Assembly: GCA_021792775.1 (NCBI GenBank)
Contig: JAJYTZ010000001.1
Coordinates: 4,965 to 68,964 of the forward strand
From: Candidatus Micrarchaeota archaeon
Lineage (GTDB): Archaea > Micrarchaeota > Micrarchaeia > Micrarchaeales > Micrarchaeaceae
Length of the DNA stretch: 64,000 nt
Reading direction: 5' to 3'
The notes beneath the pieces were generated by a model. It was given only the letters and a program-made list of their open reading frames with translations. It searched no databases and was not told where the DNA came from. This document shows, in pieces, positions 50,532 through 58,814 of the stretch. Positions within the stretch are counted from its first letter, which is position 1, and every line of letters starts with the position of its first letter. Position numbers and translations under genes: made by a program.

Positions 50532-51809
50532 TCATAATAATTCTTTATTTAGCAACCACTTCCATAATGGAACAAGTGCTATTTTCTTTCCTTCTGTTAC
50601 AATACTGCCCTCATAATCCCATGTGACTATAAGAAGATCCTTGCATCTCAGCTCTTTAGAAGCAATTACTAGCGACTTTATCTCCCTATCATCAATTGCA
50701 TCACGGCTTGTTGCGTAAGTGGCCTGGATTAGCTTTGTGATTTCTCTGCCCTCCTTAATAATAAAATCTACCTCCCTTCCTTGATGGTCCTTCCAGTAAA
50801 ATACTTCAAATCCGACATTTTTGCTGCCCTTTATTAGCTCCGTTGCAACAATATTCTCCATTAATCTGCCTTTGTTGCCCGTCGGCTCCGGACTTATCTC
50901 TCCTATTATGCCAACATCAACGCAGTATATCTTTTTAGGCGCGAGGATTGTTTGCTTCAGTTTATATGAAAACCGCTCTGTTTTGAAGATAAGATATGCC
51001 TCTTCAAGGTACCTCACCCAATTCGATATGGTTATAAGGCTCTTGGCTCTAGTCACGCCTTTAAGCGAAGAGTATGTAAATTCCTTTGAGCTGTTTGACA
51101 CCAAAAACCGTGCCACTTGCCTTAAATCGCCTATGTGCTTTATCTTGTGCCTTATTACAACGTCTTTTGTTATTATATCATTGTAAATGTTCCTGATTAT
51201 CTGCCTGCCCAGAGTAAACTGCTCTGGAAACCCCCCCGAAATCATATACTCATCGAGTAATCGCACAACCTCTGCCCTGTTGGCAGTAGAGAAAGCCTTA
51301 GGCATATTCCAGTGTTTATACGTAAGAAACTCACTAAAGCTGAATGGAAACAACAGCAGGTCGATGTGGCGACCTGTCAGCCTAGATGAAAGCTCACCGC
51401 TAAGCAGTTTAGAGCTAGATCCCGTAACTATGACCTTCTTTGTATCCCTAAGCCTGCTTACGAACGGTTCCCAATTAGGTACTAATTGTATCTCATCCAG
51501 TATTATATTGCCAAGGTCAGATCCATACAGTTCATAGAATATCTGAAGTATGACGTTAAGGTCATCCTTAGTTGCGCCTAGGAGCCTCTCATCATCAAAA
51601 TTTATATAGCCGAATTTATCTTCAGCGAACAACTGCTCTGAAAGCGTAGACTTGCCAGAGCGCCTGACTCCGAGGACTACGAAGGCGGTCGGGGCTTTCA
51701 GCACTATCGGCTCACTTGCATCTCTAACTATTATGTTTTTGTCCTTAAACTTTTCTTCGATGCTCTTTCTCTGATCAACTATTACAAGCCTGAGCGTTTC
51801 TTTATCCAT
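50532..51809 (-). CDS. AAA_14/DUF4143 ATP-binding protein
   Basis: GVRRSGKS, DEIQ, TGSS, LTGR, GGFPE, EN.V, EVDF. Confidence 0.9.
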   Translation of the reverse strand: MDKETLRLVIVDQRKSIEEKFKDKNIIVRDASEPIVLKAPTAFVVLGVRRSGKSTLSEQLFAEDKFGYINFDDERLLGATKDDLNVILQIFYELYGSDLGNIILDEIQLVPNWEPFVSRLRDTKKVIVTGSSSKLLSGELSSRLTGRHIDLLLFPFSFSEFLTYKHWNMPKAFSTANRAEVVRLLDEYMISGGFPEQFTLGRQIIRNIYNDIITKDVVIRHKIKHIGDLRQVARFLVSNSSKEFTYSSLKGVTRAKSLITISNWVRYLEEAYLIFKTERFSYKLKQTILAPKKIYCVDVGIIGEISPEPTGNKGRLMENIVATELIKGSKNVGFEVFYWKDHQGREVDFIIKEGREITKLIQATYATSRDAIDDREIKSLVIASKELRCKDLLIVTWDYEGSIVTEGKKIALVPLWKWLLNKELL

Positions 51810-51867
51810 AATATAGTATACTATATGATATTATTTAAATCTTTACTATTAGACTATATAATAGAAA

Positions 51868-52200
51868 CTACTGCTGTTGAGAGGGTTGGTATTTCGTCCG
51901 TGACTTTACCAGAAGATTATAATCGTCCTCTGAAAGTTTCTTTAGACTTCTATTAACCCTTCGCCGACCTATTTTAAACAGTTTGAATACCTTGTAGCCA
52001 AACATGTCTTCGATGTCAACATTTTCCCCAATCCATTCTATGTCGATATAGAGCCGTAAAAGTTCATCTACCTTTTTGGGAGGGTTGTTTGCTGCCTCGT
52101 CTATCTCATTTAAAACCATTACCATGTCTTCCAAGCTCATGAGGTTCACCGTGCGATGTACAAACGCCATTAGGTGATGGTATTTGATTGTACTTGCCAA
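51868..52200 (-). CDS. Hypothetical protein
   Basis: ORF directly downstream of the VapC gene. Confidence 0.45.
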   Translation of the reverse strand: MASTIKYHHLMAFVHRTVNLMSLEDMVMVLNEIDEAANNPPKKVDELLRLYIDIEWIGENVDIEDMFGYKVFKLFKIGRRRVNRSLKKLSEDDYNLLVKSRTKYQPSQQQ

Positions 52201-52206
52201 TATTAC

Positions 52207-52593
52207 CTAGCATTCTATTGCCTTGACTCCGACTTTCTTAGCAAGCTCTGCTTGGCCCCTGTCGCAGGTTACTAACTCGTAATTATTCCTTAGCGCCGCA
52301 GCTATGAACATAGCATCATATATTGATGCATTGTATTTCTTAGCGATTTCAAATGCCTTACTAGTATGTTTTTTTTCTTCTATAAATCTGAAGGTATCCG
52401 GATACCTCTCAAGAATCTCGACTGCCTTCTTATAATCAAGTTCATCCTTACGGACTTTTTTCAGAAGGGCACTGCCCAGCTCTATCATAGAAAGTTCTAT
52501 GCTGATGGGCTCGTAGAGATACGCCTCTACATCTTCCCATCCGGGCTCTTCCGAAAAGTACTTGACAATAACAGAGCTATCAATGAGCCTCAT
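52207..52593 (-). CDS. vapC: VapC PIN-domain toxin
   Basis: IDSSVIVK, E, YDAMFIA, LVTCD. Confidence 0.9.
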   Translation of the reverse strand: MRLIDSSVIVKYFSEEPGWEDVEAYLYEPISIELSMIELGSALLKKVRKDELDYKKAVEILERYPDTFRFIEEKKHTSKAFEIAKKYNASIYDAMFIAAALRNNYELVTCDRGQAELAKKVGVKAIEC

Positions 52594-52798
52594 TTCTATC
52601 CTCTCTTATCGATTTCACTGCAAATCCTGCTTTTGAGGGTTTTGAAGTTTTAATAATTTCTTTCAATTCGAGTAAGACTCTTTTTGCATTTGCCTTCCAT
52701 GCAATATCCTCTACATATTCTTTCGGATTTATGCCTGCCTTCTTGAGCTGCCCGATAGTACCACGTTTTACTCTAATACTAATTACTTCTGTTTCCAT
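52580..52798 (-). CDS. VapB-like antitoxin
   Basis: VISIRV beta strand, C-terminal IREDR; overlaps the toxin start. Confidence 0.82.
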   Translation of the reverse strand: METEVISIRVKRGTIGQLKKAGINPKEYVEDIAWKANAKRVLLELKEIIKTSKPSKAGFAVKSIREDRNEAH

Positions 52799-53026
52799 AA
52801 TTATATTATAGTATACATATATATAAACATTTTTGTTTACTTAATAGATTATAGGAACTTGACAGCTACATACAACCACCCATGATGAATGGGTTTTCCA
52901 ATAACCATGCCGCGTTTTAACATACATCCTCAATGGCATCCGAACCTCAATCACATTCAGGCCTGCCAGTGGGGGTCGTGGAACTTCCGCCACCACACTC
53001 TACTTTTAGAGTCGTAAAAACACTAA

Positions 53027-53111
53027 TGGACTCGGCGGGAATCGCACCCGCGACCTCCCGCTTGCGAAGCGGGCGCGCTCTAGCTGTTTGCCGTCTAGCT
53101 TTTGTTTCCAT
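53027..53111 (-). pseudogene. Integrase N-terminal fragment (intN) ending in a tRNA-Ala 3' att copy
   Basis: GGTGG RBS, METKARRQTARARPLRKREVAGAIPAES; 53027-53076 is the 3' two-thirds of a tRNA-Ala(CGC). Confidence 0.7.
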
Positions 53112-53158
53112 ATAGCCACCGTAGATTTTATTTTCGTTGAATGCGAACATCGGTGTTC

Positions 53159-53258
53159 CGCACACAGATTATAGCGCATTTAGAAATATAAACAGATACG
53201 GTGCGAATACCAGCTATAGCCGCACCCAGTGTTTTCGATTAACCTTTCCAAAAAGGTT
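53159..53258 (+). repeat. ~100-bp imperfect direct repeat, copy 2 (upstream of intN)
   Basis: Aligns with 48552-48649. Confidence 0.9.
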
Positions 53259-53314
53259 GCGCACCCAGACTTTTTAGCAAAGCTTTTCGTAAAAAGGTTT
53301 CGCCGTATTGGTAC

Positions 53315-53525
53315 TCATAAAGTAATTAACCTATAGTGCATCTCTCTTTTTTGACACCATTCCTCAGCAGCTTTGCTCTTTCTTTTCGTTACCTCAGTTA
53401 GATTATTCTTACCTTTTATCTCCACAACTTCCTGTGTTCCATCTTCATACTCAATTAAGAAGTCAGGCGTATAATGTGCTACCTTCTCATCGATGTTTAC
53501 ATAAGGTATTCGGATGCCGTGGTTT
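53315..53525 (-). pseudogene. TnsA-like PD-(D/E)xK endonuclease fragment, frameshifted
   Basis: HGIRIPY...HYTPDFLIEYEDG...VVEIKG, then KAAEEWC in another frame. Confidence 0.7.
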
Positions 53526-54029
53526 TTTGTCCAGCATGTTGCCCTTCTGTATCGTCAGGGCCGTAGGAATCCCGTTGATTCCAGTCGCAATCCCGAAGGT
53601 CACCTGCATTTTGTTGGGGCGGTGGTCCCTGGAGTAACCCAATGCACCAATCTCCGCTTTCTTCCCTTCGAAATAGATTGATGACCAATCGATGTTCTGG
53701 TCCTTGCCCGCAAGGTTCCTCGCGTTGAGGAAGTCCTGGTATCTCTCGATGATGGGAGCCGCGAGGAACCCTACCTTCTCTACCGTCCGATAAAGCGACC
53801 TCTCGGAAACGTTCTCTGCCCCGAGAAGCGCACAGGCATCTTCCGATAGGATTGGGACTATCTGGTGTATCGACGTTGCATACGTCAACCGATTGTTAAG
53901 GAGGATTTTCATCCTGCCGATGTATGCGTGACTCAGAATCCCTACGAAGACTGAGGAGACCAGACCAAAATCCTTTTCTACTTTGTCGATTATAGATATA
54001 CCGCCCAAGGGCGTAGTTGTATTTTTCAT
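53525..54029 (-). pseudogene. IS1634-like transposase, truncated
   Basis: LYRT, DWSSIYFEG, GYSRDHRP...QVTFG, GN..D; stops after ~170 aa. Confidence 0.8.
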
Positions 54030-54105
54030 GGAAATCAATGAAAATACCGCCCTTGGCATAAAAATAGGTTGCGTTAGTTTACAAGAGAAGTGGCGAGGTT
54101 AAGTT

Positions 54106-54249
54106 ACTAAAGACCTCAACTAAAGAGGTACGCCGTATTATTGATGGTTAGAAGTCCCTCGTGAAAACGGAGTGATCTTTAGCTTGTCGTCGAGAGCTTA
54201 CTAAAGACCTTTTGGGCTTATGGGTCTTTAGTCGCCCGAGGTCTTTAGT
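54106..54249. repeat. Array of six ACTAAAGACC-type repeats in mixed orientation
   Basis: Copies at 54106, 54119, 54174(rc), 54200, 54223(rc), 54240(rc). Confidence 0.85.
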
Positions 54250-55228
54250 TACGGCTGGAAAGCCTTGCCTTTAGAGCTACTGCTTGGCTTACGCCGAATG
54301 CCCCTTCTATGTTCTGGTACAGGGCTTTCCGGTCTGTGCTTATGTAGGTCATGGTCGTTCCGGGCTTGGAGTGGCGGGCGAACTTGCTGGTCAGGAACAC
54401 ATTGCCATTCGTTTGCTCGGCGAACTTCGTTATCGCGTAATGGCGCAAACTATGCGTAGTGAGCCTGTGCAGGTTCCTAACTGCCCTATTCGGCCTAGAC
54501 TCATCGCTCTGGTCGTAGATTTCCAGCAGACCGGCACTTTCAGCGTAATACCGGAACCTATTTCGAGTGTAGTTCTCGGCCACGAACGGCTGCCTTAGCC
54601 TGCTTTTCCCTTCTTCCTTGAAGAAGATGCAGCCCCCAGCCCTCTCTATGGCCTCGCTATGCTTCTCGATGAAGTCCAGCGTGGCCTGGAACAGCGGGGC
54701 AGGTATCAGTAAGGTATCCAGAGTCATGGCTTTCTCTGTCTTGACTACTAGCTCCCTGCTCTCGAACTTTATGTCCTTGATATTGATTCTAACGGCTTCG
54801 CCTATCCTGAGTCCAAGCTGCGCTTGGTAGTAGAATAACAACCTGAATTTGTCATTATCCACTGCCTTGAAGAACCGCTGTATCTCCTGTTCGGTAAATC
54901 CTTTGTTCAGGGAGCCGTACTTAGGTATTCGGCTCCTCTGGAAGCGTTTCCTGAACGTCTGCATTATCATCTTGCGTATTTCGACAAGATGGTGTTTTGG
55001 TAAGGTAGGCAAAGTACGCTCAAGTTCGCCCTTTATGAGTGCGAACTGAGCTTTGGAACCGCACCCAGAGGCTTGTTGGGATACGGCTCTCAAACCGTAA
55101 TCGCACCCAGACCCGCTTACGGATTTGTCGCCCTGTTTTCTCTCGGCTTTCTGATTAAACTCTTTCCAAAAGAGTTTATTGGACTCTGCGGGATTCGCAC
55201 CCGCGGCCTTTCCATCGGAAGTTAACAT
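54245..55228 (-). CDS. Tyrosine recombinase/integrase (hybrid intN-att-intC)
   Basis: GLRIGEA, K, HSLRH, ARH, TMTY catalytic set; AAGANPAES is encoded by the tRNA 3' copy. Confidence 0.92.
   Translation of the reverse strand: MLTSDGKAAGANPAESNKLFWKEFNQKAERKQGDKSVSGSGCDYGLRAVSQQASGCGSKAQFALIKGELERTLPTLPKHHLVEIRKMIMQTFRKRFQRSRIPKYGSLNKGFTEQEIQRFFKAVDNDKFRLLFYYQAQLGLRIGEAVRINIKDIKFESRELVVKTEKAMTLDTLLIPAPLFQATLDFIEKHSEAIERAGGCIFFKEEGKSRLRQPFVAENYTRNRFRYYAESAGLLEIYDQSDESRPNRAVRNLHRLTTHSLRHYAITKFAEQTNGNVFLTSKFARHSKPGTTMTYISTDRKALYQNIEGAFGVSQAVALKARLSSRN
55180..55209 (-). repeat. att site: exact 30-bp copy of the tRNA-Ala 3' end
   Basis: tggactctgcgggattcgcacccgcggcct is identical to 60628-60657. 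Confidence 0.95.
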
Positions 55229-55252
55229 GGCAGGATGTCAGATTTCTACGCG

Positions 55253-57178
55253 CTACTTATACTTGCACAGTTCCCACAGTTTGCAAAAAGGCTTAGGTGT
55301 ATTTATTTTATTCTCCTCTATTGTAATGTATATACTATCTATAAGATGAACTATATTATTGCCTATTTTATGTAGTGGGTGGTGTTCATCTAAATTTATT
55401 TTATATGCATATCCATGCAATTTAGATTTTTTTCGTTCATCCGATTCATCAAGAAGAGCATTTTCTATACTATCCCTGAGCATTACATTGCTGGCTATCC
55501 CCCAATAAGAAAATGCATAATAAGAATAATACAATGCTTCCATAATAGATTTAATACGGTTACTGTTTTTATTCTGTTTATACCTAATATACATAAGCTC
55601 AGATTTCATATAATAAATACTCGCAAGCTTAAGCAATTTACTCATCATAAAATCTATTTTATCTATATCAAAGGATTTTACTAATCTTACACCCTTATGA
55701 ATATCCCCCTCAATTTTTTTATCACATTCAGAAACTTCTAAGAGAATCCAATATCTTTGCCATACGTCAACACTGCCATTTAAGACGGGCATGTTAAATT
55801 TTTGATGTATGCTTTTAACAATGTCCCTAATCCCTTCATGCACTGAAGGATTGTGATGCAAAATTACCACGTCACTATCTTTTTCTACTACTAATACATT
55901 ACCCTTAATTTCGAATATAAGTAATTCATCAGGCTTAGCATACGCAGCTTTAAGTTTGTTGTTTGCAATTAATCCTTTCCTATCAAGAAAAGTTATAGCA
56001 CCAGAGCTCCCATCTATTCGAATGTGTTCTGATTGTCTTATTATTTGCGCAGCTTTATCTAACCCGGCAATACATGGTATCTTATATTCACGTGCCAGAA
56101 TTGCCACGTGGGAAGTTATACCGGCAAGCTCGATAATGACGCCACCGAAATCTTTTATTATTTGTGAATCTTCTATAGGTAGATCTGTCGCTACAAGTAT
56201 CTTGTTCTTGCCCTTAATTAGATTATCCGATTTCTCTGAACCGAATATAACTGCTTCTCCAGAACATGTGCCACTACTTACACCTAGACAACTAAATGAC
56301 TGATTACCATATCTTATTGGTATCGTTGTTGTAAGCACCCTGGCTTGTAACAAAAATAGTCCTTCATTAGTATATGCCCACTCAATATCCAAAGGAAATA
56401 CTTTATTTCCGATACTTTTCATTAGTTTTATTATGTCTTCTATTTCAAAATCAAACAGTATACCTTTTAAGCTTTCAGCGTTATATCTTAGGATATCATT
56501 AGATTTAATATTTTTTATATAAGTATCATGTTTTTTTGAACCACCAGTTACGCCAGACGGATCATTTGTTGCTGCCTCAATAACACAATATCTATTAGCC
56601 TCTTTTTCAAAAAAGAATCCGACCCCATATTTTGCATTGGGAATAAATTCTTGTACTATACATGCCATCTCTATTTTTTCGATGTTTACCCTATTTTCTA
56701 TAATATACTTAATAGCTCTTGGACTAAACATGGATTTAAACACATTCTTGACGGCTGTGCTCACATCGAGTGGTTTCACATCTAGGAACGAATCAAAGAT
56801 GCCAGCAAAACTTCCGATTAACGAGTCCTCCTGAGTGGCTGAACTTCTTACAACTAAGTGCTCTCCAATACGCTTAGCCCTATCTAATATCTCATCCTGT
56901 ACTGACGCCTCAAATTCAATATCTTGAAAACATTCTGAAATTTTGTCCAAATAAGCAACTTTGGATAATTTATCATTCGCATACAGTTTCGCATATCTAA
57001 ATGCCCCACGATCGGATAGAACTTTTCTTAAAGAATTGTATATATATGTTGTTACTACAAATCCCTTAGGCACTTTTGCAATCTTTATAAATTTTGCTAG
57101 GTTAAATGCTTTATTTCCCACTACTTTTGGATTTAGTATATGGGTCGTTGCATTCAATTCTAAACAGCAGTCTTCCAT
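55253..57178 (-). CDS. PEP-synthase/dikinase-like enzyme (ATP-grasp + phospho-His swivel + unknown C-terminal domain)
   Basis: VGNKA.NL, VP.GF, VRSSA..ED....SFAG, DIEWA, LQAR, GITSHVAILARE, IDG..G. Confidence 0.88.
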   Translation of the reverse strand: MEDCCLELNATTHILNPKVVGNKAFNLAKFIKIAKVPKGFVVTTYIYNSLRKVLSDRGAFRYAKLYANDKLSKVAYLDKISECFQDIEFEASVQDEILDRAKRIGEHLVVRSSATQEDSLIGSFAGIFDSFLDVKPLDVSTAVKNVFKSMFSPRAIKYIIENRVNIEKIEMACIVQEFIPNAKYGVGFFFEKEANRYCVIEAATNDPSGVTGGSKKHDTYIKNIKSNDILRYNAESLKGILFDFEIEDIIKLMKSIGNKVFPLDIEWAYTNEGLFLLQARVLTTTIPIRYGNQSFSCLGVSSGTCSGEAVIFGSEKSDNLIKGKNKILVATDLPIEDSQIIKDFGGVIIELAGITSHVAILAREYKIPCIAGLDKAAQIIRQSEHIRIDGSSGAITFLDRKGLIANNKLKAAYAKPDELLIFEIKGNVLVVEKDSDVVILHHNPSVHEGIRDIVKSIHQKFNMPVLNGSVDVWQRYWILLEVSECDKKIEGDIHKGVRLVKSFDIDKIDFMMSKLLKLASIYYMKSELMYIRYKQNKNSNRIKSIMEALYYSYYAFSYWGIASNVMLRDSIENALLDESDERKKSKLHGYAYKINLDEHHPLHKIGNNIVHLIDSIYITIEENKINTPKPFCKLWELCKYK

Positions 57179-57213
57179 GTGATCTGACCAGTACAGTTAT
57201 TTATTCCACGATA

Positions 57214-58431
57214 TTAACAAAGCTGATTTTTTATCTTATTATAAATATGTTCATAAACCTTATAGGTGGGGCATTCCTTATCGTTCTGAAGTGTGCTTCT
57301 ATTGTACATGTATCTGTCGAAAGTGCAAGCACCCTTACAACTGTCACGCCACTTGCAGTTTTCGCACATACTTAAGCTTGTAATCTGCGCAAGCAATAGC
57401 TTTTTGTAATTTTTTAATGAAAATATACTCTCTATGTTATCGATTTCATTTATCTTCGTAATTATTTCCCCATTTACGCCACCAAAAGCACGTGGGAACT
57501 TGTCACACGGTCTTATCGTACCGTCTGGGTAAAACGTAAAGGTGGTATTAGCGCATATTCCATGGCCTATCTGACATATCTTTGAACCCCTCCCTAGTAT
57601 AGTCCGCATTATCTCTTCAAACAATAAAATATGTATTTTGGGGTCATCATAATTATACCATATATCAAACAGTTCATTTACAAATGCCACATACTCATCT
57701 GATGGATAAATATTCGGTGTCAATTGTTTGTCATTCTCATCGAAAATAGGTTCTTGCGGCAAAAAATCAAAAGTGTAAATTTCATTTCTAACAAAGAAAT
57801 CAAATAGCTCCTTCGCCCCAAAGTTAATGCTGTCCTTAGTTACTACTGCTAAAGCACCAAAAGGAATCGCATGCCTCCTTAATATCTCCATCCCGCGCAT
57901 GACTTGAGCATGGGAGTTTCCAACTACAGCCTTTCTTTGCTGATTATGTAATTCTTCTGAACCATCTATACTAACTCCAAGCTGAAAAGCATTCTCTTTC
58001 ATGAATTTGGCCCATTCATCATTTATCAAAGCGCCGTTTGTTTGAATACTATTTTTGATTGTTATCTTATCATTCCCTAATTTTTCTTTCTGCGAAGCCA
58101 TTATTTTCTTAAAGAAGGGCAAACCACTTAAAAGCGGCTCTCCACCATGCCAAATAAAATCCACACTTGTTAGCTTTTCAGAATTCGCAATCTTGTCAAA
58201 TAAGCTCGAAATCTGATTAAAATCTATTGTTTCTGCATTTAAACCTCTTTCTCTAACCAAAGGTCCTGCAACACCACAATAAACACAAGATAAATTACAA
58301 TTGTTTGATAACTTGACTATTATTGCCATTCCAACTTCTTTAACCTTAGAATTTTCTTGGTATAACTGCATCATCATGCCTTTTTTTAGAAGCCCCAATC
58401 CATTCACCGTTTGAAAATCTACATTCCACAC
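57214..58431 (-). CDS. Radical SAM/SPASM enzyme, probable peptide maturase (start may be 58377)
   Basis: CNLSCVYC, WHGGEPLL, QTNG, SIDG; SPASM Cx6C...DG.I.PC...Cx2Cx5Cx3C...C. Confidence 0.92.
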   Translation of the reverse strand: MWNVDFQTVNGLGLLKKGMMMQLYQENSKVKEVGMAIIVKLSNNCNLSCVYCGVAGPLVRERGLNAETIDFNQISSLFDKIANSEKLTSVDFIWHGGEPLLSGLPFFKKIMASQKEKLGNDKITIKNSIQTNGALINDEWAKFMKENAFQLGVSIDGSEELHNQQRKAVVGNSHAQVMRGMEILRRHAIPFGALAVVTKDSINFGAKELFDFFVRNEIYTFDFLPQEPIFDENDKQLTPNIYPSDEYVAFVNELFDIWYNYDDPKIHILLFEEIMRTILGRGSKICQIGHGICANTTFTFYPDGTIRPCDKFPRAFGGVNGEIITKINEIDNIESIFSLKNYKKLLLAQITSLSMCENCKWRDSCKGACTFDRYMYNRSTLQNDKECPTYKVYEHIYNKIKNQLC

Positions 58432-58464
58432 TGTTATAAATTAATAGGATTTTGAATGTAGATT
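58416..58464 (-). other. Stem-loop at the precursor/maturase junction
   Basis: Perfect 11-bp IR AATCTACATTC / GAATGTAGATT plus inner CTGTTA/TAATAG pairing. Confidence 0.6.
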
Positions 58465-58575
58465 ATGCCCACGCCAGGTAAGGCTTGTTACAACAGAATC
58501 ATCACGCAAAAGTGCAATAAGTATCTTACTTTTTAGATTGTTCTCAGCGTTTCCTTTCTCAGTTTCTTTCATCAT
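58441..58575 (-). CDS. Putative RiPP precursor peptide (44 aa, not in ORF track)
   Basis: MMKETEKGNAENNLKSKILIALLRDDSVVTSLTWRGHNLHSKSY*; GGGT RBS-like motif; immediately upstream of the rSAM gene. Confidence 0.75.
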   Translation of the reverse strand: MMKETEKGNAENNLKSKILIALLRDDSVVTSLTWRGHNLHSKSY

Positions 58576-58644
58576 ACTATTACCCTTTTTATGTTGTGTT
58601 GAATAACTATTTAACCTTTTCTGAGTTGCGAAGGCGTAGAGTTT

Positions 58645-58791
58645 TTCTACATGAAACTCTACATGGACGGCTATAATATTGATGTGTAGTCATGTAGAGA
58701 GAAAAACGACTTATTTTTAGCTCTCACGAGGGAGAGTTTCTCTACATGGATTGACTTAGGCATGTAGAGAAACCAAAGTCATGTAGAGAAA
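58645..58791. repeat. Array of six CTCTACATG/CATGTAGAG repeats in mixed orientation
   Basis: Copies at ~58645, 58657, 58691(rc), 58739, 58761(rc), 58780(rc). Confidence 0.88.
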
Positions 58792-58814
58792 TTGCCAAAA
58801 TAATGGCAATAAGC

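Noticed and set aside
55253..57178. Annotation as housekeeping PEP synthase
   Set aside because: It lacks the C-terminal pyruvate-binding barrel motifs and sits in AT-rich mobile cargo.
54106..58791. Short repeat arrays as possible CRISPR arrays
   Set aside because: Units are 9-10 bp, in mixed orientation with irregular spacing, and there are no cas genes.
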